DNA from: an uncultured Candidatus Saccharibacteria bacterium
Lineage (GTDB): Bacteria; Patescibacteriota; Minisyncoccia; Phycocordibacterales; CAIZLB01
Reading direction: 5' to 3'
Length of the DNA stretch: 39,701 bases
Assembly (NCBI GenBank): GCA_964532765.1
Contig: CAZHNC010000001.1
Location: 1-39,701 of the forward strand
This document shows positions 23,761-31,335 of the stretch, piece after piece; within the stretch, counting starts at the first letter, position 1; each line of letters opens with the position of its first letter. The notes under the pieces were generated by a model that did not search any database, was not told the origin of the DNA, and saw nothing but the letters and a program-made list of their open reading frames with translations. Both the position numbers and the translations under genes were made by a program.

Positions 23761-23898
23761 CTATTTCGTATTATTCTTCTTTTCTATCTCTTGCCTAAAT
23801 ATTTCATCAAACAAATTTAACTTTGCTTTATTCGGCTTTATGTTGAGTTTTACAGTGTGTTTCTTATCGTAAAGTTTTGGTATGTTTAGGACTAGCAT
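23761..23898 (-). CDS. Hypothetical basic protein (45 aa)
   Basis: Hand-translated MLVLNIPKLYDKKHTVKLNIKPNKAKLNLFDEIF... Confidence 0.3.
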   Translation of the reverse strand: MLVLNIPKLYDKKHTVKLNIKPNKAKLNLFDEIFRQEIEKKNNTK

Positions 23899-24152
23899 TC
23901 TTCTAATTCCAAAAGTAGTCTATCCATAGATGTTGCTATATATTGTTTTATTCCGTCGAAATTTTCTAAAATAACAAAATCTTTTTCTAAGTCGAATTCT
24001 GTTAGTTGGTAAGAGTCTAAATCTGTTTTTAATTCCCATGTATACTCGTCGCAATCATACTCTAAGTTTTCAACAACCACTTCATCAAAATATTTTCCTT
24101 CTAAAAAAGAATGTACAAGACTATCTTTTCTTAATTCACTAAACTTTTTCAT
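23892..24152 (-). CDS. Strongly acidic small protein (86 aa)
   Basis: ORF track. By hand count, 23 D/E against 9 K/R. Confidence 0.5.
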   Translation of the reverse strand: MKKFSELRKDSLVHSFLEGKYFDEVVVENLEYDCDEYTWELKTDLDSYQLTEFDLEKDFVILENFDGIKQYIATSMDRLLLELEEC

Positions 24153-24352
24153 TCCTTAACCTCCACATAAAATTGATTCCCTACCAAAAGACTTCTATTG
24201 TTATTCCAGTTTAACACATCTAATATTGATTTCTTGCCACTTTTAGCATTAACCACGTGTATTTTGTTGTTTTTAACTTCAATCACGTTTAAAGTGGCTT
24301 TTATCTCGTTTTGTAAGTTGTATAAATTTAAATTTTTGGCTTGTTTAATCAT
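24149..24352 (-). CDS. Hypothetical protein (67 aa)
   Basis: ORF track. Overlapping junctions. Confidence 0.45.
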   Translation of the reverse strand: MIKQAKNLNLYNLQNEIKATLNVIEVKNNKIHVVNAKSGKKSILDVLNWNNNRSLLVGNQFYVEVKE

Positions 24353-24704
24353 TTAAACTCTTCAATTTATTCAAATCATAATTACTTTCTATAAATTCTA
24401 TACAAAGTTTTCTATTGCAGTCATTTCCTAGATAAGTATATATAAGTTCCATATCTTCGTGGGTAAAATTTTTATTTAAATAAGCATTTATACCATTCAA
24501 CATTTTAGTTTGACATCTTTTTTTAGTTCCTTTACAAGCTGACCTAGAACACCAACTAATTAATTTAACTTTTAACATCTGTAAATCATTAATATCTTCT
24601 AATCTAAAATATACATTTTCTTGCATATCTAAAATTAATTCATAATTATAGTTTATAAAACTTTGTGGAAAAAATCTCATTAATTTTAATATTTCTTGTA
24701 TCAT
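24345..24704 (-). CDS. Hypothetical protein (119 aa)
   Basis: ORF track. Confidence 0.5.
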   Translation of the reverse strand: MIQEILKLMRFFPQSFINYNYELILDMQENVYFRLEDINDLQMLKVKLISWCSRSACKGTKKRCQTKMLNGINAYLNKNFTHEDMELIYTYLGNDCNRKLCIEFIESNYDLNKLKSLND

Positions 24705-24736
24705 CTAATCACTCTCCTAATATTTTCTCAAAATGT

Positions 24737-25522
24737 TTAATTTTTTAACATTTCTAACAACTCGTCTTTTGTATACTCGATATTATGTGCCTTTGGTTTT
24801 TCTATTCTTTTTATTTCTAAATTTTCCAAGATATCATCAACACTTTTAAATTCTGATACATACTCTAATTGTTTTGGCTCTTCTTTAATATATCCTAGCT
24901 GCTTATATTTTTCTTTGTTAGCTAAATCTAACTGATTTTTGTTAAAGTATGCATTATTCCATTTTAAGCATTTTTCTTTATTGCCTACATAGTTAATCAA
25001 AATTTCTTCTTTCTGATTTCCTAGGCTGTTTTGGTGTGTTGCAATACCTTCTAAGAATAAAGGTACTTCTTTTATTTTGCTTTCTCTGTAAAATTTGTAA
25101 ATCTTTGGGAAATCCCACTTCATTAAATTTTCAAACTCTTCAATTTCCATTCTGCACATTTTAACCCATGAACCAAATAAATTTTGTATAACTTTGTGTA
25201 TGATAGGATTATCAAAACACACATTTGTATAGGCTCCATATTTTTTTATAGCTTGCCTAATTTTTATTTGTTCGTTAATAATTTCTGATTCAATATCATC
25301 TTTTCTTTTACAAGCTTCTAAAAATTCTGCCGGCTTTGGGAAACTTGGGAAAACTCTTGTTTTTATAACTAATAAAGCAGATTTTGTAAACTCTTCATCA
25401 TTTTCAAACTCTTGTGAAAATATATTAAAATATAAATCGTGTATTTCTACTGGTGGCACATCTTTACTATAAAGAAAGCTTAATTGATTCATTATAGTGT
25501 TAAAAGCTTCTCTTGATATCAT
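24737..25522 (-). CDS. Possible helicase-loader (G39P-like N-terminal region)
   Basis: Follows the replisome organizer. The N-terminal pattern ...QLSFLYSKD...IHDLYFNIF...VFPSFPKPAEFLEA resembles SPP1 G39P-type loaders. Tentative. Confidence 0.35.
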   Translation of the reverse strand: MISREAFNTIMNQLSFLYSKDVPPVEIHDLYFNIFSQEFENDEEFTKSALLVIKTRVFPSFPKPAEFLEACKRKDDIESEIINEQIKIRQAIKKYGAYTNVCFDNPIIHKVIQNLFGSWVKMCRMEIEEFENLMKWDFPKIYKFYRESKIKEVPLFLEGIATHQNSLGNQKEEILINYVGNKEKCLKWNNAYFNKNQLDLANKEKYKQLGYIKEEPKQLEYVSEFKSVDDILENLEIKRIEKPKAHNIEYTKDELLEMLKN

Positions 25523-25530
25523 TTATCCCC

Positions 25531-26235
25531 CTATACATTCCATATTGGAATTGATTTTTGTTTTGATGTAGTTGTAAATTGTTGTTTTATTTCTTTAGGA
25601 AAAATACCTTTATATCCTTTTGCTATAGAAAAATCTATACTATCGGTAAGATGTTTTTCATCAATATAATCTTTTCCTAATTGATTTAATGTTTTTGTTA
25701 TGCTCAACATAGTTTTAACTGGATTTTTTATTTCTTCTTTATAATCAAACCATTCTTTGAAACTTTCTTTTAAAAATTCAGATAAATTTAGCTTTTCAAG
25801 TTCTTCTGAGAATAATTGTTTATTAAGTTGTTTATTTTTACTTTTTTTATTAATACTTTCTTTATTACTTGAAAAATTTTGAATACTAGTATTTAATTTT
25901 TTTAAAGGCAAGTCTTTAAAATTTTTAAATACTAGTCTTTGAATAGTTTCATAATCAATTTTAAAATATCTTTTCCTAGGCATACCTTTATTTTGTTGAT
26001 ATAAAGCTCCAATTTCTATTAATTGATTAATACATAAAGTTTGCTTATTATTACTTAATCCTGTTAATTCTTCTAAAGTTTCAGAAGTTTGATAAAACCA
26101 ACCTTCTTCATCTGCCATCATGCTTTCTGCTTCTGATAAATTACTTAATAAAAAAGCAGTTTCGATTCCAAATTCTTTGACTATAGACTTATTCAAAACC
26201 CAATAACCACTAGACATTAAAAGTTCTTTAATCAA
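25531..26235 (-). CDS. Replisome organizer / DnaD-like replication initiation protein
   Basis: N-terminal winged-helix-like region (ETLEELTGLSNNKQTLCINQLIEIGAL). The C-terminus ...WFDYK...DSIDFSIAKGYKGIF resembles the conserved phage C-terminal Phg_2220_C-type domain. Confidence 0.55.
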   Translation of the reverse strand: MIKELLMSSGYWVLNKSIVKEFGIETAFLLSNLSEAESMMADEEGWFYQTSETLEELTGLSNNKQTLCINQLIEIGALYQQNKGMPRKRYFKIDYETIQRLVFKNFKDLPLKKLNTSIQNFSSNKESINKKSKNKQLNKQLFSEELEKLNLSEFLKESFKEWFDYKEEIKNPVKTMLSITKTLNQLGKDYIDEKHLTDSIDFSIAKGYKGIFPKEIKQQFTTTSKQKSIPIWNV

Positions 26236-26247
26236 CTATTAAACCCC

Positions 26248-26376
26248 CTATTTAGCTTTTAAAGCTTTTTCTCTTAAATATGCAGATAAAAACTTGCCTT
26301 CTTTTTTAGCTTTTTCTTCTAAAATTTTTAACTCTTTTTCACTAAGTCTAACACCTATTACTTTTTCTTTGTTCAT
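26248..26376 (-). CDS. Ribbon-helix-helix-like small protein (42 aa)
   Basis: Hand-translated MNKEKVIGVRLSEKELKILEEKAKKEGKFLSAYLREKALKAK. This is the beta-alpha-alpha pattern of CopG/MobC-type RHH proteins. Confidence 0.5.
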   Translation of the reverse strand: MNKEKVIGVRLSEKELKILEEKAKKEGKFLSAYLREKALKAK

Positions 26377-26549
26377 TAATCCTCCTCGTTATTTCTATCA
26401 ATTTCAGTTTCTAATTCGTTTATTTTTTCTTCTAGTTCTTCTTTAGATTCTTTCAACTCAACTATTTCTTGCCTTAATTCTAATATTAAATCCACCATTT
26501 CTTCAAAAGTATAGTTGTGAAAACTATTTAATTCATTTTGCCAAGCCAT
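26376..26549 (-). CDS. Coiled-coil small protein (57 aa)
   Basis: Hand-translated MAWQNELNSFHNYTFEEMVDLILELRQEIVELKESKEELEEKINELETEIDRNNEED. Confidence 0.4.
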   Translation of the reverse strand: MAWQNELNSFHNYTFEEMVDLILELRQEIVELKESKEELEEKINELETEIDRNNEED

Positions 26550-26580
26550 TTATATCAACTCCTTTTTTAATTTATACTTA

Positions 26581-26609
26581 AGTATAACATTTGTTTTACA
26601 ATTTGTCAA
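26581..26609 (-). promoter_or_regulatory. Near-consensus promoter of the replication operon
   Basis: Coding strand TTGACA-17-TATACT. Confidence 0.65.
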
Positions 26610-26621
26610 ACATATTTTTTC

Positions 26622-26652
26622 AAAAAATAAAAATAGTAGGTTTTACCCTACT
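26622..26652 (-). terminator. Intrinsic terminator after the 177-aa/55-aa unit
   Basis: AGUAGG pairs with CCUACU. UAUUUUUAUUUUUU follows on the coding strand. Confidence 0.55.
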
Positions 26653-26810
26653 ACCTTCACATAATATTTATGGTCTTTCTTTTCTATCTTATATACATTA
26701 TTATCCTTTGATTCTAACTTGTAATTCCATTCTCCTAGTATAGAGTTAAGGAAATGTACAAACCATTGTAAATCGCTTGGTATGGTGTTTAATAGTGTTG
26801 GTAAGTCCAT
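26643..26810 (-). CDS. Hypothetical protein (55 aa)
   Basis: Hand-translated MDLPTLLNTIPSDLQWFVHFLNSILGEWNYKLESKD... RBS GGAGGT. Confidence 0.4.
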   Translation of the reverse strand: MDLPTLLNTIPSDLQWFVHFLNSILGEWNYKLESKDNNVYKIEKKDHKYYVKVVG

Positions 26811-26824
26811 ATTACCTCCTAGTA

Positions 26825-27358
26825 TTATTTACCGTAGTTTCTTAAAACTGCTGCTTCTATACAAAATCTGATAGTTTGGATCGTGTATCTTTGACCGTTT
26901 GTTTCAAAATCATGTACTAGCATATCTTTTGCTATTTTGAATTTAGTTTCTCCTTTTTCCACAAGTGCTTTAGTTAAATCTTTGGCATAGTCTACAGCTC
27001 CACCTATGATACTATCTTGAGTTAGAACTAATTTTCTAAGTTGGTCAACATTTTGAATTTCTAAGAGCAATTCATTCCAATGTGGTAAATCCTCATCATA
27101 AATATGTAATTCTGGATTCATTACCTCAATTTCTGATAAAACTTCTTGAGCTGTCAAATTAGGTTTCTCTCTTGAGATATCCTCGAACTCTTCGATTGAA
27201 TGCACAAGGTTATTTACTTTCTCTTGTATCTCCTGGATAATATCCCCTTTTTCATTAGAAAACAATCCCAATAAGAATTCTAAAAACTTCTTGCTCTCAA
27301 ATCTGAAAAACTTAAACTTTGTTAAAAATGTTAAAACTTTCTGTAAAAATCTACCCAT
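26825..27358 (-). CDS. Hypothetical protein (177 aa) next to the switch region
   Basis: ORF track. Own promoter carrying the palindromic motif. No family recognised. Confidence 0.55.
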   Translation of the reverse strand: MGRFLQKVLTFLTKFKFFRFESKKFLEFLLGLFSNEKGDIIQEIQEKVNNLVHSIEEFEDISREKPNLTAQEVLSEIEVMNPELHIYDEDLPHWNELLLEIQNVDQLRKLVLTQDSIIGGAVDYAKDLTKALVEKGETKFKIAKDMLVHDFETNGQRYTIQTIRFCIEAAVLRNYGK

Positions 27359-27382
27359 ATTAAAACCTCCTGTATTTTATTT

Positions 27383-27427
27383 ACTACTAACTAGTAATAG
27401 TTTACCATTGTTTTTATTAAATTTCAA
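27383..27427 (-). promoter_or_regulatory. Promoter of the 177-aa unit with the palindromic motif
   Basis: Coding strand TTGAAA-17-TAAACT, immediately followed by ATTACTAGTTAGTAGT (27383..27398). Confidence 0.5.
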
Positions 27428-27430
27428 ATA

Positions 27431-27643
27431 TTAGTCTTTTATAAAAATAAAATCATCTGTAATTAAAATACCTTCTTTTTCTTCAATTGATACGCTCCTT
27501 ATATTATGATTATTATTTGAATTTTTAGTTTTAAAAACGATTACATATATATTTAAAAGTTCAAAATTATATTTTTCTATTGATGTATAGTGTATAATTG
27601 GTTTTCCTAACTTTTCCAACTCTTTAATTTCATCTTCTAACAT
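27431..27643 (-). CDS. Hypothetical protein (70 aa)
   Basis: ORF track, trimmed to the ATG at 27643 (GGGGGAAATAATATG), directly after the AbrB-like gene. Confidence 0.45.
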   Translation of the reverse strand: MLEDEIKELEKLGKPIIHYTSIEKYNFELLNIYVIVFKTKNSNNNHNIRSVSIEEKEGILITDDFIFIKD

Positions 27644-27644
27644 A

Positions 27645-27806
27645 TTATTTCCCCCTATCCAACAAAATTTTCTCTCCATCAAATACAAAAGTTAATTTAT
27701 CCTTATCTTTTATATTACACATTCTAGCAATGTCTTTTGGTATGTTTAAAACTAACTGACCTTTTTTGCTTAATTGTTGAACTGTTGATGTTTTTTCTAT
27801 GTTCAT
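27645..27806 (-). CDS. AbrB/SpoVT-type small DNA-binding protein (53 aa), first leftward gene of the switch
   Basis: Hand-translated MNIEKTSTVQQLSKKGQLVLNIPKDIARMCNIKDKDKLTFVFDGEKILLDRGK. RBS AAGGAG. Carries the IPKD motif seen in the 9981..10109 paralogue. Confidence 0.55.
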   Translation of the reverse strand: MNIEKTSTVQQLSKKGQLVLNIPKDIARMCNIKDKDKLTFVFDGEKILLDRGK

Positions 27807-27827
27807 TATATCAACTCCTTTTTATAA

Positions 27828-27911
27828 ATATTAACACAAAAAAAATAATTTGTCAATATTCAAAAAAATATTAAAATTAATATTGACATTAACTATTTTT
27901 AGGTATATAAT
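27828..27911. promoter_or_regulatory. Divergent back-to-back promoters with operator-like symmetry (genetic switch)
   Basis: Rightward TTGACA(27883..27888)-17-TATAAT(27906..27911). Leftward TTGACA(rc 27851..27856)-17-TAATAT(rc 27828..27833). Inverted repeat TGTCAATATT/AATATTGACA. AATATT boxes at 27855, 27867 and 27879. Confidence 0.7.
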
Positions 27912-27940
27912 CTAATTAACAAATACATAGGAGGTCAACT

Positions 27941-28174
27941 ATGAGAATAAATTTAGAGGTATTTTTAACAGAAAGAGAAATTGCTAAAAAAACAGGAAAT
28001 ACAAACTTTTTAACTTGGTTAGATTTTCAAATTGAAAAGTATTTAATGCAAGAGGAAATAAAAGTAGCTAAACGTAACAAATTAGCTGAAATAGAGTTTT
28101 TATTAGGAGATTCAAGTATTCCTAAAGATATTTTGTTAAATGCTAAAAATGAGATTATAGGAGGTTTGATATGA
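27941..28174 (+). CDS. First rightward early gene (77 aa), possible Cro-like regulator
   Basis: ORF track. RBS AGGAGGT. LTEREIAKKTGNTNFLTWL could be a helix-turn-helix. Call is mainly positional. Confidence 0.35.
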   Translation: MRINLEVFLTEREIAKKTGNTNFLTWLDFQIEKYLMQEEIKVAKRNKLAEIEFLLGDSSIPKDILLNAKNEIIGGLI

Positions 28175-28815
28175 TATATAAAAAGTTGTTAGCTGTACAA
28201 AAAGAAATAAAAGGTCTTGGAAAAGATGCAACAAGTGGTTCTGGCAATTTTGGATATAAATATGTAACTGGGTCAAAAGTTTTAGAAGCTATAAAGCCAA
28301 TACTTAACGAACAAGGTTTAATATTAAAGCAAGAAATTGTTAAAGTTGAAAATGAAAGAATTGATTATACTACTAAAAACGGAAGTAAATCAGAAATGTT
28401 ATATAAAGTTTGGCAAAAATTTACGTGGATTGATACAGAAACAGGAGAAAAAGACGAAAACGAATTTTATGCAGCAGGTCAAAACGATTGGGAAAAAGGT
28501 TTAGGAAGTGCTTTAACTTATGCTGAAAGGTATTTTTTATTAAAATATTTCCACATAGCTACTGATGAAGATGATATAGATAACTCTGAAAGAAAAGCAG
28601 AAGAGCAAAAGAAATCAATTGCAGAAGAAAACAAAAGAAAAGATGCAGCAATTAAATTTATAACCGAATTTGTAGGAAATGACATGGATAAATTTGAAAA
28701 AGTTTTAGCACACATGAATAAAACTTTTAATAGTAATCACAAAGGATTCAACACATTTAATTTAGAAGAACTTGAAGGATATAATGAAGCTTTAAAAAAG
28801 AAAGGTGGTAAATGA
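28171..28815 (+). CDS. erf: ERF-family single-strand annealing recombinase
   Basis: KKLLAVQKEIKGLGKDA...FGYKYVTGSKVLEAIKPILNEQGL...GSALTYAERYFLLKYFHIATDEDDID is the typical ERF pattern. Confidence 0.85.
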   Translation: MIYKKLLAVQKEIKGLGKDATSGSGNFGYKYVTGSKVLEAIKPILNEQGLILKQEIVKVENERIDYTTKNGSKSEMLYKVWQKFTWIDTETGEKDENEFYAAGQNDWEKGLGSALTYAERYFLLKYFHIATDEDDIDNSERKAEEQKKSIAEENKRKDAAIKFITEFVGNDMDKFEKVLAHMNKTFNSNHKGFNTFNLEELEGYNEALKKKGGK

Positions 28816-29225
28816 TGGCTGTATTTAGTTTAAAAAATAGTTTTGTCAATAAAGTAGAAGAAAAAAATGGATTTATTAAAGCTAATCTTTCTGATAGTAG
28901 AAAGAAAGCTGATGGTACTTGGGAAAGTTTCCAATGGTTAGGTTGCTCGATTATGTGGAATGCTAAATCTGTGGAGATTAAAGAAGGTGACAAGATTAAT
29001 GCAGAAGGTATAATTTATCAAGAAAAGTATCAAGATAAATGGTTTACAAAAGTAGTTATATTTGGAATATCAATAGAAGGCCACAAAGGAGAAACTAAAA
29101 CAGAAGCACCTAAAAAGTCAAATAAAATTAAAATGAATGATGTTAAAGTGGATTTACCTAAATCTGAATTACCTGATATACAATTTGATGATGATGACGA
29201 GTTTGACAAAATATTTGGTCAATAA
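28812..29225 (+). CDS. ssb: Single-stranded DNA-binding protein-like (OB-fold with acidic tail)
   Basis: Follows erf. Acidic C-terminal tail DIQFDDDDEFDKIF. Size fits a short SSB. Confidence 0.55.
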   Translation: MMAVFSLKNSFVNKVEEKNGFIKANLSDSRKKADGTWESFQWLGCSIMWNAKSVEIKEGDKINAEGIIYQEKYQDKWFTKVVIFGISIEGHKGETKTEAPKKSNKIKMNDVKVDLPKSELPDIQFDDDDEFDKIFGQ

Positions 29226-29273
29226 TACAGTTTGCTAGTTCTATTAAAAAACTAGCTAAAATTGGAGGTCAAT

Positions 29274-29735
29274 ATGAAATTATACGAGTTGCAAGTTATG
29301 AATAATCAATTACTAGAATTACTTGAAAAAGAAGAAATAACTCAAGAAGATTATGAAGATAACAAACAAATGTTAGTTGAATTATTAGAAGATAAATCTG
29401 AAAGTTTAGTTTTTGTAAATATGGAATTTGATTCTGAAATTAACAGGTTAAAAGAAGTTGAAAAAATGTTAGTTGAAAAAAGAAAAAAACTTGAAGCTAA
29501 ACAAGAAAAATTTAAAGAATTTGTTTTAAATACACTTGATTCTTTAGGAATTGAAAAAGTTAAAACTACAATTGGAGAAATAAAAATAACTAAATCAACA
29601 AGCACTATTGTAGATGAAAGTAAACTAGGAAACAACTGTTTTGATTATATCCCTAAAAGAAAAACTATAAAAGAAATTGAAGCACTTGGATATGAATTAG
29701 AAAAACAAACAAATAGAAAAATAACAATAAAATAA
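29274..29735 (+). CDS. Siphovirus Gp157-like protein
   Basis: MKLYELQVMNNQLLELLEKEE N-terminus and ~153-aa size, located in an Erf/SSB module. Trimmed to the ATG at 29274 behind GGAGGT. Confidence 0.55.
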   Translation: MKLYELQVMNNQLLELLEKEEITQEDYEDNKQMLVELLEDKSESLVFVNMEFDSEINRLKEVEKMLVEKRKKLEAKQEKFKEFVLNTLDSLGIEKVKTTIGEIKITKSTSTIVDESKLGNNCFDYIPKRKTIKEIEALGYELEKQTNRKITIK

Positions 29736-29749
29736 CTGGAGGTCAACAA

Positions 29750-30682
29750 ATGAGAAAAGCAAGTCACGAGAAAACACTTCACTACACAATAGGAGAAGCA
29801 GGAGGGCAAATAGGGGAAATATTCAAACAGAATAAATATGATGTTATAGCTTATAATACAGCTAAAGCTGATATGGATAAGTTAAAACAAATTACTGATA
29901 AAAGACTTATAGGAATCACAGAAGGAAGTGGAAAAGATAGAAAACTTTCTGCAAAATCTTTTGAGGATAACATAGATAAAATAAGAACTTCTGTTACACA
30001 AGATATGTCAAACAAGGAAGTTGCTTTTGTTTATACTTCTATGAGTGGTGGTACAGGAAGTGGATCCGCAATAAGACTAGCTAAACTGATTAACCAATTA
30101 GGTAAAAAAGCTATCATAGTTGCTGTAAAGCCTGTCAATGGAGAAATAGGAAAAGCTGAAAATAACTATTTGCAATTTTTAGCTGAATTTGAAAAAGATA
30201 AAAATGATCTAGTGTTAAATATGTTTGAGAATGAATTTGATTATGTAAAAATTAACAAGTACATCTATGAAACAATTGATAATTTCTTAAATCCTGTAGG
30301 AGAAAGTATCACAACTTTTGACTTTATGGACTCTTTAAAAGCTTTTAGAAGTGGTTATTGTGTAATGGCTACTGGAAACACTAAAGAAATTATAATAAAC
30401 TCAATGTTTGAATTAAACAAGTCTGAAACTTGTGTGTTAATCTCTCAAAGCCCACAATCTGTAGATGGATACCAAGAAATGACAAAGAGAAATTACGGTT
30501 ACCTGGATAGACAATACTACGAATACAGAGTTCAAGAAAATCCTAAGTGGACTATATTGATTGGTGGTTTACAGTTACCAGTTGAAACTATTTCAGTTTT
30601 AGCAAAAGAAGTTAATCAGAAAGCACAATTGCTTAATGCTAAAAAAGATGCTTTAACTTTCAACATTTTAGGTATAGATTAA
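29750..30682 (+). CDS. Tubulin/FtsZ-superfamily GTPase (PhuZ/TubZ-like, 310 aa)
   Basis: Loops in canonical order: T1 TIGEAGGQIGEIF, AYNTAKAD, T3 GITEGSGKD, T4 SMSGGTGSGS (fits the tubulin signature [SAG]GGTG[SA]G), T5 VKPVNGE, T7 TFDFMD...GYCVMATG. Confidence 0.85.
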   Translation: MRKASHEKTLHYTIGEAGGQIGEIFKQNKYDVIAYNTAKADMDKLKQITDKRLIGITEGSGKDRKLSAKSFEDNIDKIRTSVTQDMSNKEVAFVYTSMSGGTGSGSAIRLAKLINQLGKKAIIVAVKPVNGEIGKAENNYLQFLAEFEKDKNDLVLNMFENEFDYVKINKYIYETIDNFLNPVGESITTFDFMDSLKAFRSGYCVMATGNTKEIIINSMFELNKSETCVLISQSPQSVDGYQEMTKRNYGYLDRQYYEYRVQENPKWTILIGGLQLPVETISVLAKEVNQKAQLLNAKKDALTFNILGID

Positions 30683-30691
30683 GGAGTATAT

Positions 30692-31177
30692 ATGAAACAC
30701 CTACTAATATTTTTAATTTTATCAATTTCGTGTTTAGCTGAAACTTTTAGTTTTGGCTATTCACTTAATACAACTCATATAAAGTCGCCTAGTCGTGATT
30801 ATGACTTTGTAGAGGATAATCAAGTATTTACACTAGAGAAACGCAATGGAAGCGAAATAAAAGGTTTTACGCACTTTACAAACAGTTTTGGAAATGAAAG
30901 TGCAATGATATACATAGGACAAATTAAAGATAAGAATAATAAATGTTTGTATTTTAAATACTCTTTTGGATTGTGTAAAGGTTATAATGAAGTTGATAAA
31001 TTACCGAGCAAAACTATTAAAAATATGTATTGGGAGTTTAGAAATTATACTGTATTTTATAAAGATTATTCAATAGTTCCAATGGTTTCAGTAGGTTATC
31101 AATTCAGCAAGGATTTAGCATTAGAAACACTTTTAGTAGGAAATGCTTTTGTTACTAATATTAAAATAACTTTTTAG
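30692..31177 (+). CDS. Small secreted outer-membrane beta-barrel candidate (161 aa)
   Basis: Signal peptide MKHLLIFLILSISCLA. C-terminal beta-signal FVTNIKITF with alternating hydrophobic residues and a terminal Phe. Mature size ~145 aa fits an 8-stranded barrel. Confidence 0.55.
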   Translation: MKHLLIFLILSISCLAETFSFGYSLNTTHIKSPSRDYDFVEDNQVFTLEKRNGSEIKGFTHFTNSFGNESAMIYIGQIKDKNNKCLYFKYSFGLCKGYNEVDKLPSKTIKNMYWEFRNYTVFYKDYSIVPMVSVGYQFSKDLALETLLVGNAFVTNIKITF

Positions 31178-31185
31178 GAGGAATA

Positions 31186-31335
31186 ATGGAAAATAGAAAA
31201 GCAAATGAAGAGTATACGAATGATGAACTTTTTAATTTTGTTAAAAGTGGAGAAATACCTCGCGGAGTTTTTCAAGTTATGAAGAAAAGAGCTTCGTTGA
31301 ATAGATTAAAATTTGTATGGGTATTGAAAGTATGA
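31186..31335 (+). CDS. Hypothetical protein (49 aa)
   Basis: Hand-translated MENRKANEEYTNDELFNFVKSGEIPRGVFQVMKKRASLNRLKFVWVLKV. RBS AGGAGG. ATGA overlap with the next gene. Confidence 0.4.
   Translation: MENRKANEEYTNDELFNFVKSGEIPRGVFQVMKKRASLNRLKFVWVLKV

Noticed and set aside
27431-27806. AbrB-like gene plus downstream 70-aa ORF as a MazE/MazF-type toxin-antitoxin pair
   Set aside because: The downstream protein is too short and shows no MazF/PemK-like features. The position at the divergent promoter fits a regulator better. Left as an open possibility only.
29234-29256. Hairpin GCTAGTT-N9-AACTAGC between the ssb-like and Gp157-like genes as a terminator
   Set aside because: No U-run follows it, and the operon clearly continues with tightly spaced genes. 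It may be an RNA processing or stability element, but that is not supportable from sequence alone.
29274-29735. The gene upstream of the tubulin-like ORF as a TubR centromere-binding partner
   Set aside because: Its N-terminus and size fit the Gp157 family, which commonly accompanies Erf/SSB. No winged-helix pattern is evident, and no repeat array (tubC-like) lies upstream of it.
30692-31177. Calling the secreted beta-barrel candidate a PagL-type lipid A deacylase
   Set aside because: HFTNS superficially resembles the HxS catalytic motif. However, the Ser position is not matched and the motif is mid-protein rather than near the C-terminus, so only a generic OMP call is supported.
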